In this document: in pieces, positions 39,935 through 49,119 of the stretch
Position numbering within the stretch: the first letter of the stretch is position 1
Layout: each line of letters starts with the position of its first letter
NCBI GenBank assembly: GCA_963825935.1
Contig: CAWGUN010000013.1
Coordinates: 1,012,340-1,076,339 of the forward strand
DNA length: 64,000 nt
Direction: 5' to 3'
Origin: an uncultured Bacteroidales bacterium
GTDB taxonomy: Bacteria > Bacteroidota > Bacteroidia > Bacteroidales > VadinHA17
Notes under the pieces: model-generated
The model's input: the letters and a program-made list of their open reading frames with translations, nothing else
The model's database searches: none
What the model was told of the DNA's origin: nothing
Position numbers and translations under genes: made by a program

Positions 39935-40939
39935 ATGGAATTATTAGATAGCATTAAACTAAATGCAAGGAAGCATAATAAGAGAATTGTTCTTCCTGAG
40001 GGATATGAAGAACGGACAATCCAGGCTGCAGATATTGCAATCGCAGAGGGTTTGGCGCAGATCATTTTATTAGGTGACCCTGAAGAAATCAAAGCTCATG
40101 CTGTAAAGCTGGGACTGAAGAACCTTACAAAAGCAACAATTATTAACCCCAAAGCCCATCCTAAAAAAGAACAATATATCAACCTGATGGTGGAAATTAG
40201 GAAGAATAAAGGGATGACTAAAGAAGAAGCATCAAAGCTGATCGAAGATCCGCTCTATCTTGGAGTGCTTATGATCAAAAGCGGGGATGCTGATGGTGAA
40301 GTTTCGGGTGCAGATCATGCAACAGGAGACGTATTACGCCCGGCATTTCATTATGTAAAGACCGCTCCAGGAATTTCAGTTGTTTCAGGTGCCTTTTTTA
40401 TGATTCTCCAGGATAAAAGCTTTGGCGAAAACGGCGTTATTATTTTTGCTGACGGAGCTGTTCATCCTAATCCAACTGATAGGGAACTGGCTGAAATTGC
40501 AATTGCATCTGCCCATACAGCAAAATCAATTGGCGGATTTGAACCCAGGGTAGCCCTTCTCAGCTTCTCAACGAAGGGCAGTGCGAAACACGAACTGGTT
40601 GATAAAGTGATTAGTGCCACTAAAATTGCTCAGGAAATGGCACCCGATCTTAAAATAGATGGTGAACTGCAGGGAGATGCTGCACTTATAGAGTCAATTG
40701 GGCTGAAGAAAGCTCCGGGAAGCAAAATTGCCGGTAACGCAAATGTTCTGATCTTCCCTGATCTTAATTGCGGTAATATTGCTTACAAGCTTGTTCAGCG
40801 TCTTGCTCATGCCGAAGCTATCGGACCTGTTCTTCAGGGCATGGCAGCACCCATAAACGATCTGTCACGGGGATGTTCAGTAAGCGATATAGTAAGTATG
40901 ATTGCAATTACTGCTAACCAGGCAGCAGGAATAAAGTAA
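39935..40939 (+). CDS. pta: Phosphate acetyltransferase (short form)
   Basis: 334 aa with RIVLPEGYEERT and the PTA_PTB fold, directly upstream of ackA. Confidence 0.85.
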   Translation: MELLDSIKLNARKHNKRIVLPEGYEERTIQAADIAIAEGLAQIILLGDPEEIKAHAVKLGLKNLTKATIINPKAHPKKEQYINLMVEIRKNKGMTKEEASKLIEDPLYLGVLMIKSGDADGEVSGADHATGDVLRPAFHYVKTAPGISVVSGAFFMILQDKSFGENGVIIFADGAVHPNPTDRELAEIAIASAHTAKSIGGFEPRVALLSFSTKGSAKHELVDKVISATKIAQEMAPDLKIDGELQGDAALIESIGLKKAPGSKIAGNANVLIFPDLNCGNIAYKLVQRLAHAEAIGPVLQGMAAPINDLSRGCSVSDIVSMIAITANQAAGIK

Positions 40940-40967
40940 CTAGTAATAATATAACTTTCCTATTACA

Positions 40968-42185
40968 ATGATAATCTTGGTTTTAAACTGCGGAAGCTCC
41001 TCTATTAAGTACCAGCTGTTCAAAATGTCAGACGGTTGTGAGATGCTTGCGAAAGGTCTTCTGGAACGGATCGGTTTGAATGAGAGTATTCTGACTCATA
41101 AGGCTTCAGGCAAAGATCCTTATAAGGTGATTATTGATATCCCCGATCATACCACCGGAATAAATATGGTTATGGAGGTCCTTTGTCACCCGGTGTACGG
41201 GGTTATTAAAAATGTCAATGAAATTAAAGCGGTTGGCCACAGGGTAGTTAATGGCGGAGAAAATTACAAGGATAGTGTTCTTATTGACAACGATGTCAAG
41301 AAGGTTATAGAGACTTGCATTGAGCTGGCTCCGCTTCACAATCCTGCCAACCTGAAAGGGATACTTTCTGTTGAGAAGCTCATCCCGGGAGTACCCCAGG
41401 TTGCTGTATTTGATACATCTTTTCATCAGACCATGCCTGATTATGCATACATGTATGCAATTCCTTACGAATATTATGAGAAATACAGGATAAGAAAATA
41501 CGGATATCACGGAACCAGCCACAAGTTTGTTGCTAATAAAGGAGCCAGGCTTCTCGGGAAAGATATAAAAGACCTCAGGATCATTACCTGCCACCTGGGA
41601 AATGGAGCTTCAGTTACTGCCATTAGGTACGGGCAGTCAATCGACACATCAATGGGATTCACTCCGGTTGACGGGCTTATTATGGGAACCCGCACAGGTG
41701 AGGTTGATCCGGGTGTTCTTGTCTATATTGCAGATAAGGAGCATCTTAATGTAACAGGTGTTAACAATATGATTAACAAGAAAAGCGGGGTCTTCGGGAT
41801 TTCCCAGATTTCATCCGATATGCGCGACCTTGAGACTGCTGCAAATGCCGGCAACAAAAAGGCTATCCTGGCATTGAATATGTATGCGTATAAAGCAAAA
41901 AAATTTATCGGCTCATATATTGCTGCACTGAATGGAGTAGATGTGCTCATATTTACAGGAGGAATTGGCGAAAATGATTATAGTATGAGAAAGATGATAT
42001 GTACGGACATGGAGAGCATGGGAATCATTTTTGATAATGAAACAAATAATGGTGCCAGGGGAAAGGATATTGTAATCTCAAAACCTGAATCAAAAGTTAC
42101 TGTCATGGCAGTTACTACTGATGAGGAGTTTGTAATTGCTTCTGACACACAGTATATCGTTAATCAACATACAGTGTTAAAATAA
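40968..42185 (+). CDS. ackA: Acetate kinase
   Basis: 405 aa with ILVLNCGSSSIKYQLF, HRVVNGG, YGYHGTSH and FTGGIGEN. Confidence 0.9.
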   Translation: MIILVLNCGSSSIKYQLFKMSDGCEMLAKGLLERIGLNESILTHKASGKDPYKVIIDIPDHTTGINMVMEVLCHPVYGVIKNVNEIKAVGHRVVNGGENYKDSVLIDNDVKKVIETCIELAPLHNPANLKGILSVEKLIPGVPQVAVFDTSFHQTMPDYAYMYAIPYEYYEKYRIRKYGYHGTSHKFVANKGARLLGKDIKDLRIITCHLGNGASVTAIRYGQSIDTSMGFTPVDGLIMGTRTGEVDPGVLVYIADKEHLNVTGVNNMINKKSGVFGISQISSDMRDLETAANAGNKKAILALNMYAYKAKKFIGSYIAALNGVDVLIFTGGIGENDYSMRKMICTDMESMGIIFDNETNNGARGKDIVISKPESKVTVMAVTTDEEFVIASDTQYIVNQHTVLK

Positions 42186-42196
42186 ACCGAGCATAA

Positions 42197-43099
42197 ATGG
42201 TATTGAAGACGCTTTCTGACCTTAAGAACATAGTAGCGGGCGGACCCAAAAAAAAGCTTATCCTTGCAGCGGCACAGGATCAACACTCACTTGGAGCAGT
42301 AATAAGAGCGTGGAAAGATGATGTTATTGAACCTATCTTTATTGGTGATAAAGAAAGTATTCAAAACATCTGTGCGGCAAATAATTACGATATTACGGGA
42401 CTCCGGATTATTCATGAGCCCGATATTGAAAAGGCAGTCGAGATGTCTGTCAGAATGTGCAGTAACAAACAGGGCGATGTCCTGATGAAAGGGAAAGTAG
42501 GTACCTCTACATTGTTGAAATGTGTTTTAAATAAAGAATGGGGTCTGAGGACCGGAAATCTGCTTTCGCATTTAGCACTTTTCGAAGTGGGAACATATCC
42601 GAAAGTGATTGCTGTCACTGATGTTGCAATGAATATAGCACCTAATCTTCAGGATAAAATTTCGATCATTAATAATTCTGTTTCTTGTCTGATGAGGTTG
42701 GGTTATATTATGCCTAAAGTTGCTGTTTTGGGAGCTGTGGAGATGGTCAATGAAAACATGGAAGCTACATTGCATGCAGCTTTACTTTCGAAAATGTACC
42801 AGCGCGACCAGATAAAGAATTGCATTATCGATGGTCCGCTCGCTTTTGATAATGCTGTAAGCCTGGAAAGTGCCCAGCATAAAGGGATCAGGAGCGAAGT
42901 AGCAGGTGATACTGACTTGCTTCTTATGCCCGACATTGAAGTGGGTAATGTACTTTACAAATCGCTCGTTTTCTTTGCAAAGGCAAAGGTAGCGGCTGTA
43001 ATTCTGGGTGCCAGGGTTCCGATAGTCCTGACATCAAGATCTGATTCAGAACAGGCTAAGTACGACAGTATACTTCTTTCAGCTGCAGCCAGCAAATAA
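42197..43099 (+). CDS. ptb: Phosphate butyryltransferase-type acyltransferase, paralogue 1
   Basis: 300 aa of the PTA_PTB family (DVLMKGKV, IIDGPLAFDNA, PIVLTSRSDS). Confidence 0.75.
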   Translation: MVLKTLSDLKNIVAGGPKKKLILAAAQDQHSLGAVIRAWKDDVIEPIFIGDKESIQNICAANNYDITGLRIIHEPDIEKAVEMSVRMCSNKQGDVLMKGKVGTSTLLKCVLNKEWGLRTGNLLSHLALFEVGTYPKVIAVTDVAMNIAPNLQDKISIINNSVSCLMRLGYIMPKVAVLGAVEMVNENMEATLHAALLSKMYQRDQIKNCIIDGPLAFDNAVSLESAQHKGIRSEVAGDTDLLLMPDIEVGNVLYKSLVFFAKAKVAAVILGARVPIVLTSRSDSEQAKYDSILLSAAASK

Positions 43100-43106
43100 T
43101 ATTGAT

Positions 43107-44009
43107 ATGATCAGGTCCCTCGATCAGATGGTTGAGAGAGTGCTTGCACTTAAAAAGAAGCACCGTATTGCCGTTGCCTGGGCCCAGGACCCAAATACCA
43201 TTGTCGCAATCGGTACTGCTGTCAAAAAAGGGTTTGCAGAGGCCATAATGGTTGGGAACTCGCTGAATATAATTGAAGTTTGCCGGAACTCCGGCATTGA
43301 CCATAACCTGTTTCGCATAATAAATTCTGAGAATGAAGTTAATGCAGCAACAGAGACCGTAAGACTGGCAAAATCGGGTGAGGCTGATATTGTTATGAAA
43401 GGACTCATCGGAACTGATAAGTTCCTCAGAGCTGTCATGGATAAGGAAAATGGTCTGATGATTCCTGGTGCTGTTATGAGCCATGTCGGAGCAATCGAGA
43501 TACCAGCATATCATAAGCTCCTCTTTATTACGGATCCGGCAGTTATCCCTTTTCCGGATCTTCAACAGAAAATTGCAATGGCTTGCTATGCTATCGAAAT
43601 GGCTGTCAGATTCGGTATAAGGAAACCTAAGATTGCCCTTATAGGTGCTTCAGAAAAAGTGAGCCACCACTTTCCGAACAGCGCCGATTACGCTGAAATG
43701 TGCAAAATGGCAGAACGGGGTGAAATAAAAAACTGCATAATGGACGGGCCGCTTGATCTTTTCCTGGCATGCGACAGGAAAAGCATCGGGATAAAAGGAA
43801 TTAAGACACCTGTAAATGGCGATGCCGATATCCTGCTGTTCCCGTCACTTGAATCAAGCAACCCATTCTATAAAGGGCTTATGCTTTTCGCCAAGGGTGA
43901 AATTGCAGGATTAATAAGAGGCACTCAGAAACCGGTTATCGTAATGTCACGCAGCGAAAGCGAAAAATCTAAATATTTTTGTATAGCCCTTGCATGTTTA
44001 ATGGCATAG
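43107..44009 (+). CDS. ptb: Phosphate butyryltransferase-type acyltransferase, paralogue 2
   Basis: 300 aa of the same family (DIVMKGLI, IMDGPLDLFLA, PVIVMSRSES), clearly diverged from paralogue 1. Confidence 0.75.
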   Translation: MIRSLDQMVERVLALKKKHRIAVAWAQDPNTIVAIGTAVKKGFAEAIMVGNSLNIIEVCRNSGIDHNLFRIINSENEVNAATETVRLAKSGEADIVMKGLIGTDKFLRAVMDKENGLMIPGAVMSHVGAIEIPAYHKLLFITDPAVIPFPDLQQKIAMACYAIEMAVRFGIRKPKIALIGASEKVSHHFPNSADYAEMCKMAERGEIKNCIMDGPLDLFLACDRKSIGIKGIKTPVNGDADILLFPSLESSNPFYKGLMLFAKGEIAGLIRGTQKPVIVMSRSESEKSKYFCIALACLMA

Positions 44010-44026
44010 ACGTAACTTTTTAAAAT

Positions 44027-45127
44027 ATGAATTTAAGCCCCTTATCCAATTCGACAAAACGCCTTTTGCTGGTCATAAATCCCGGATCAACTTCAACAAA
44101 ATTCTCTCTTTTTGAGGAGGATATATCGTTATTTGAGCTTACACTTACTCATACGATAGAAGAACTTGGTGTGTTTAAAAAAATAGTTGACCAGTTTCAT
44201 TTCAGAAGAGACCTTATTGTCAGGGAACTGGCATACAGGAAAACAGATCTAACCCGCATTGCCGCTGTTATAGGAAGGGGAGGTCTTGTAAAACCTATAG
44301 AATCCGGAATTTATGAGGTTAATGACAGGATGGTTAATGATCTTAAGAGAGGCCTGCTTGGGCAGCATGCCAGCAATCTTGGAGGGCTCATTGCACATGA
44401 TATTGCTGGATCTTTACCAAATGCTAAGGCATATATTGTTGATCCTGTGGTAGTTGATGAGCTCCAGCCTGTGGCAAGGATATCAGGTCATCCGGAAATA
44501 GAGAGGATTTCAATTTTTCATGCTCTTAACCAGAAAGCTGTGGCAAGAATATATGCAGCTTCAATCGATAGAAAATATGAAGACATGAACCTTATAGTTG
44601 TTCATCTCGGTGGAGGTATCAGTGTTGGAGCTCACAAAAAGGGAAGAGTTATTGATGTCAATAACGCCCTTAATGGCGACGGCCCTTTTTCACCTGAAAG
44701 GTCAGGGGGGTTGCCTTCCGGACAACTTGCTGAACTCTGCTTCAGCGGAAAGTTCACTCATGCTGAAATAAAATGCATGATAACCGGTAAAGGAGGAATG
44801 GTAGCTTACCTCGGGACAAACAATTTCAGGGATGTTTATAAAATGGCAGAAAATGGCGATCCTAAAGCAATCCTTATTATAGATGCCGAGGCATATCAGG
44901 TTTGTAAAGAGATAGGTGCAATGGCAGCAGTACTTGAAGGGGAAATAGATGCTATTATTATTACCGGAGGTATGGCCTTCCAGGAAAAATTTGTCAATCG
45001 AATAAAATCAATAGTTCATTTTCTTGCAAAAATAGTGGTTTATCCGGGCGAAGACGAGATTAAATCTCTTGCATTCAATGGTCTTCTGGCTCTTAACGGT
45101 AAGATAGAGATTAAAACTTATAACTGA
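44027..45127 (+). CDS. buk: Butyrate kinase
   Basis: 366 aa with LLVINPGSTSTKFSLF and ITGGMA, of the ASKHA family. It lies downstream of the ptb genes. Confidence 0.85.
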   Translation: MNLSPLSNSTKRLLLVINPGSTSTKFSLFEEDISLFELTLTHTIEELGVFKKIVDQFHFRRDLIVRELAYRKTDLTRIAAVIGRGGLVKPIESGIYEVNDRMVNDLKRGLLGQHASNLGGLIAHDIAGSLPNAKAYIVDPVVVDELQPVARISGHPEIERISIFHALNQKAVARIYAASIDRKYEDMNLIVVHLGGGISVGAHKKGRVIDVNNALNGDGPFSPERSGGLPSGQLAELCFSGKFTHAEIKCMITGKGGMVAYLGTNNFRDVYKMAENGDPKAILIIDAEAYQVCKEIGAMAAVLEGEIDAIIITGGMAFQEKFVNRIKSIVHFLAKIVVYPGEDEIKSLAFNGLLALNGKIEIKTYN

Positions 45128-45129
45128 GT

Positions 45130-45825
45130 TCATGGATTACTCACCGCCACCGGTATTACCTTTCCATTGAAATATTTATTGCCTTTAACGGCAAAATCAG
45201 CAATGAATTCAGCCATTTCAACAGCACTTACGGGAGCTGTATGTCCTGGAAAAGCTTCTTTAAACATCTCTGTCTGAACCGATCCCAGCGCCAGGCAATT
45301 TACAGCAATACCTGAGCTGCGGAATTCCTCTGCCAGACATTCAGATAAACAGGATAAAGCAGCTTTTGATGCACTGTAATAGGAGAGTCCCCTGTATTTT
45401 GAACTTCCCTGGTAACCACCCATGCTTGAAATATTTACAATATGAGATCCTTGCGGCATAAAGGGTACCAGTTTGCGTATTACGGAAGCAGGACCAAAGA
45501 AATTTGCCTCCATCATATTTCTGGCTTCACTGTTATTGAATTCCATGAAATCCCGGGAAACTAATAAACCGGCACAGTTTATAAGAATATTTATGCTCTT
45601 AAAATGCCTGTTAATCTCTGTTAGGAAAGCTGTTTCCTGTTCATCAAAATCAGCAATGTCGATAGCATAAGTATTAATATTGCCGTGTTCAGCTCTGGCG
45701 GATAGTTGTTTTAGCGCAGATTTATTTCTTCCTGTTACAAAGACTTTATTACTCTTTTCCTGCGCAAAAATTAAGGCAATCTCTTTCCCAATACCCCTGG
45801 TTCCTCCATTAACTATAATGTTCAT
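45130..45825 (-). CDS. SDR-family oxidoreductase
   Basis: 231 aa with the NGGTRGIGKE dinucleotide loop and YSASKAAL (YxxxK). Confidence 0.8.
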   Translation of the reverse strand: MNIIVNGGTRGIGKEIALIFAQEKSNKVFVTGRNKSALKQLSARAEHGNINTYAIDIADFDEQETAFLTEINRHFKSINILINCAGLLVSRDFMEFNNSEARNMMEANFFGPASVIRKLVPFMPQGSHIVNISSMGGYQGSSKYRGLSYYSASKAALSCLSECLAEEFRSSGIAVNCLALGSVQTEMFKEAFPGHTAPVSAVEMAEFIADFAVKGNKYFNGKVIPVAVSNP

Positions 45826-45902
45826 TTTATTTCAGAGTATATAATTAAGATGGATTTTTTCGTTTATTTGTATCATAACATCAAAGTTACAAAAATGTAA
45901 AT

Positions 45903-46499
45903 ATGGATCATAACAATAATAAGGCAGTTTCACGACAATTAAAACTTACCCTGCTGATTTCAATAATATTAGTCTTTCTTCCTTTTGCAGCAATAATTGC
46001 TCAGAAAGGCAGAGATGATACACCGCCTTTGCGTGAGAGATTATTTTATGGTGGCAGCTTTGGGTTGCAGTTAGGAACGATTACAGATATCCAGGTATCA
46101 CCGGTTGTGGGTATCTGGTTGATGCCAAGGCTCGCGGTTGCTGCAGGTCCGGATTACAGGTATTACAGGGATCCGAATTACCGGACACATATATATGGTG
46201 GTAGCTGTTACATGCAATTTGTTTTCATTCAGGATCTTAATTCATTAATTCCGCTTGGAATGCACCTGGGTTTCTTCATTCATGTTGAGGATGAATTGCT
46301 CAGCCTCCAGTCATCGTTCTGGAAGAAGCCACCATACGCTTCAGAAAGGTTTTTCATTAATACTGTTCTTGCAGGGGCCGGAATAAGTCAGCAGATGGGG
46401 AGAAGATCTTCTCTTAATTTTATGTTCTTATGGGCGCTAAACGAAAAGATAGATGGTCTTTACAGTAATCCTGAAATCCGTGTAAGCTTTATATTCTGA
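45903..46499 (+). CDS. Hypothetical secreted / possible small beta-barrel outer-membrane protein
   Basis: 198 aa with an N-terminal signal-like TM segment, alternating aromatic/Gly pattern and a C-terminal ...RVSFIF. Confidence 0.45.
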   Translation: MDHNNNKAVSRQLKLTLLISIILVFLPFAAIIAQKGRDDTPPLRERLFYGGSFGLQLGTITDIQVSPVVGIWLMPRLAVAAGPDYRYYRDPNYRTHIYGGSCYMQFVFIQDLNSLIPLGMHLGFFIHVEDELLSLQSSFWKKPPYASERFFINTVLAGAGISQQMGRRSSLNFMFLWALNEKIDGLYSNPEIRVSFIF

Positions 46500-46652
46500 A
46501 TTCTTTATTCTAAAAGATCTCCAGAATTTTAGATTTGGAAATAAAACGGAAGTGCCTGGAGATTAACATTATAAATCTTTTACTAATATGTTGATATTAT
46601 CACAAAATGAAATTGTGCTATATTTGCGGCTGATTTTTTTATTCTTTATCTG

Positions 46653-47192
46653 ATGAAAATTGAAAAAAATAAATTTGTCTCCCTCATCTATGAATTGAGA
46701 GAAACCAATCCGGAAGGCAGGATTATTGAAGCAATTGATGAAAACAAGCCAATGACTTTTATTTACGGAAATGGCAGGCTTTTGCCTCAGTTTGAGGTTA
46801 ACCTGCATGCTTTGAATAAAGGCGACACTTTTAATTTCGTACTTGGTTCAGATGCTGCTTATGGTGAAAGAAGGGAAGATATGATTATTGATGTTCCGCT
46901 TTCAATCTTTGAGACAAAAGGAAAGATCGACGAGACAGTTTGCAGTGTCGGAAACGAAGTTCCCATGATGGACAGGGATGGAAACCGCATAAATGGGATA
47001 ATTAACGAAATAACAGATACTTCCGTTAAAATGGATTTCAATCATCCAATGGCCGGAACCGACCTGAGCTTTAAAGGAAAAATAATAGATGTCCGCGATG
47101 CGACTGCTGAAGAGATAGCAGGAATCAAAAATTCATGTTCAACTTGCGGAAGCTATAATAACGAATCAGCTTGTTCAGGATCATGTAATTGA
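46653..47192 (+). CDS. slyD: FKBP-type peptidyl-prolyl isomerase, SlyD-like, with a Cys-rich tail
   Basis: 179 aa with an FKBP core plus IF-domain pattern (YGNGRLLPQFE, DFNHPMAG). The C-terminal tail is CSTCGSYNNESACSGSCN. Confidence 0.8.
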   Translation: MKIEKNKFVSLIYELRETNPEGRIIEAIDENKPMTFIYGNGRLLPQFEVNLHALNKGDTFNFVLGSDAAYGERREDMIIDVPLSIFETKGKIDETVCSVGNEVPMMDRDGNRINGIINEITDTSVKMDFNHPMAGTDLSFKGKIIDVRDATAEEIAGIKNSCSTCGSYNNESACSGSCN

Positions 47193-47200
47193 AAAACGAT

Positions 47201-47228
47201 ATGCGGCATGCGGTGTGCGGTTTGGGGC
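47201..47228. repeat. Heptanucleotide repeat (ATGCGGC / ATGCGGT / GTGCGGT / TTGGGGC) followed by T6
   Basis: Four degenerate 7-mers between the convergent 3' ends of slyD and the symporter gene. Confidence 0.7.
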
Positions 47229-47262
47229 TTTTTTGAAATAGAACCGGCATCCTGCAACTGAT

Positions 47263-48498
47263 TTAAATCTTCAGTTTTTCCCCTTCGGATTTTGCTACTA
47301 TTACGGCACAGCATGTATCGCCATAGACATTTATTGTGGTCCGGAACATATCAAGAATCCTGTCAACAGCCAGAATCAGGCCTATTCCTTCGAGGGGCAG
47401 ACCAACCGATTTAAGTACGATGGTCATCATCACAAGCCCTGCCATTGGTATTCCGGCTGCTCCGATTGCTGCGAGAAGCGCAGTAAAGATGACAATAATC
47501 TGCTGGGCAAATGTAAGGTCCACTCCGTAAGCCTGGGCAATGAAAACAACGGCTACACATTCATATAAAGCCGTTCCATTCATGTTCACTGTCGCTCCGA
47601 GAGGAAGAGTAAAACTGGCTATTTTATTTGAAACACCGTCATTGTCCTCCACAGCTTCCATTGTAAGCGGCAAAGTGGCATTTGATGATGATGTGGAAAA
47701 GGCTGTCAGCAGAGGCGTCGCCATGTTTTTAAAATGTTTTATCGGATTAGCTCTTCCCAGTATTTTAACTGACAGAGGAAGAGTTATTAATCCGTGAATT
47801 AATAACCCGATAAGAACCGTAATGAAATATAATCCGAGCCTGCTAACCACCTCACTGATTTCATTTCCCATCAGAACCTGCTGGGAAATAACTTTTGCAG
47901 TAATGCTGAAAATACCGATAGGTGTGAATTTTATAATGAAAAGAGTGATCTTCATTATCACATCAAGAGCCGCATTCATGAAATTCATAATAAATTGCTG
48001 CGGTTTATTATCAATCTTAGTGATAAAGTAACCAAAAAGTATTGCAAAGAATATAATTGAAAGCATCTGTCCCTGCATCAGGGCTTCGAATATGTTGGTT
48101 GGGACAATCTTTATCAGTGTTTGTCCAAAACTGTCGGAGACTGCTGAAAGATCAGTAACAGGCACTTTGAATCCAAGGTCTGCACCAACTCCCGGTTTAA
48201 TTGCTCTGACAAGCACAAACCCTGTAATTATTGCTATAAGTGTAGAGAAAATATAATAGCTCATAGTTTTAAGCCCCAGTCTGCCCAGGTTTCCGCTGCT
48301 GCCAACACTGGCTACCCCGGTAGTGATGGAACAGAGAATAAGAGGGATTATAATCATATTAAGTCCCCTGAGGAATATCTCTCCAACCCAGTTTGTATAA
48401 TGTGTTGCAGAAGGAAAATAATAACCAAAAAAGCCTCCGGCAATTAAAGTAATTATGATCTGATAATGGAGGGGTAACGAAAACTTAGACTTAACCAT
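47263..48498 (-). CDS. Dicarboxylate/amino acid:cation symporter (GltP/DAACS family)
   Basis: 411 aa, polytopic, with the SSSNATLP motif and NMNGTALY. Confidence 0.85.
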   Translation of the reverse strand: MVKSKFSLPLHYQIIITLIAGGFFGYYFPSATHYTNWVGEIFLRGLNMIIIPLILCSITTGVASVGSSGNLGRLGLKTMSYYIFSTLIAIITGFVLVRAIKPGVGADLGFKVPVTDLSAVSDSFGQTLIKIVPTNIFEALMQGQMLSIIFFAILFGYFITKIDNKPQQFIMNFMNAALDVIMKITLFIIKFTPIGIFSITAKVISQQVLMGNEISEVVSRLGLYFITVLIGLLIHGLITLPLSVKILGRANPIKHFKNMATPLLTAFSTSSSNATLPLTMEAVEDNDGVSNKIASFTLPLGATVNMNGTALYECVAVVFIAQAYGVDLTFAQQIIVIFTALLAAIGAAGIPMAGLVMMTIVLKSVGLPLEGIGLILAVDRILDMFRTTINVYGDTCCAVIVAKSEGEKLKI

Positions 48499-48696
48499 CT
48501 GTTATTTATTAAATTCTGAAAAAAATAATCTTCCGCTAAAAGTAAAAATTATTTCCAAACTGTTAACCCTGCCAGATTTGAATATTTATAGACAGAGGGG
48601 AGGACAGGGGTAAAAAGTAGCTTCTGGCAAATCAAAAGTATTTCAGTGTTAAATCTGAATCCGGATTTCAAAAAAAAAGTCAAACAAAAAGCGGGA

Positions 48697-48777
48697 TTAC
48701 ATTTGTAAACCACACAAAAATAGTTAAAATATACATTTGTAAATGTTTTTTTGATCTTTTTGAAGTTACAATGGTAA
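48697..48777. promoter_or_regulatory. Distal cluster of TTACA-N2-TGTAA-like palindromes
   Basis: TTACATTTGTAA at 48697-48708 (perfect); ATACATTTGTAA at 48731-48742 (1 mismatch); TTACAATGGTAA at 48766-48777 (1 mismatch). Confidence 0.35.
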
Positions 48778-49044
48778 CTTTTATTAAACTTTATAAGAAT
48801 ATTTAATAATATTAAGATAATCAGTCTATTAATATTACTCACCTTACTTTATCATTATAATGGTTTTAGCCAAACTCTGGTATCTGGCCGGTATATTATT
48901 AGAAATATAGTATAAAATATTATATACCAGTAGTATAAGAGCCTAAATTACAGTAATACTTTAGAAATCTATCTATATAATATATTAATAATCAACATAT
49001 TAACATCTCATGGTGATTTTAAACGACGATCAGTTTTTTATAAG

Positions 49045-49103
49045 TTACAGATGTAAATATTATATAATTACACATGTAAATTTTAATATATTTACATTTG
49101 TAA
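49045..49103. promoter_or_regulatory. Three perfect TTACA-N2-TGTAA palindromes spaced 23-24 bp apart, just upstream of the HTH gene
   Basis: TTACAGATGTAA at 49045-49056, TTACACATGTAA at 49068-49079 and TTACATTTGTAA at 49092-49103. The last one contains TACATTTG (a TAnnTTTG -7 box) 20 nt before the ATG at 49120. Confidence 0.5.
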
Positions 49104-49119
49104 TTTACATTTTATTGCT

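Noticed and set aside
48549-48842. 97-aa minus-strand ORF in the AT-rich region upstream of the HTH gene.
   Set aside because: The translation is low-complexity and Asn/Ile/Lys/Phe-rich, as expected from AT-rich non-coding DNA. It overlaps the palindromic sites and has no recognisable domain.
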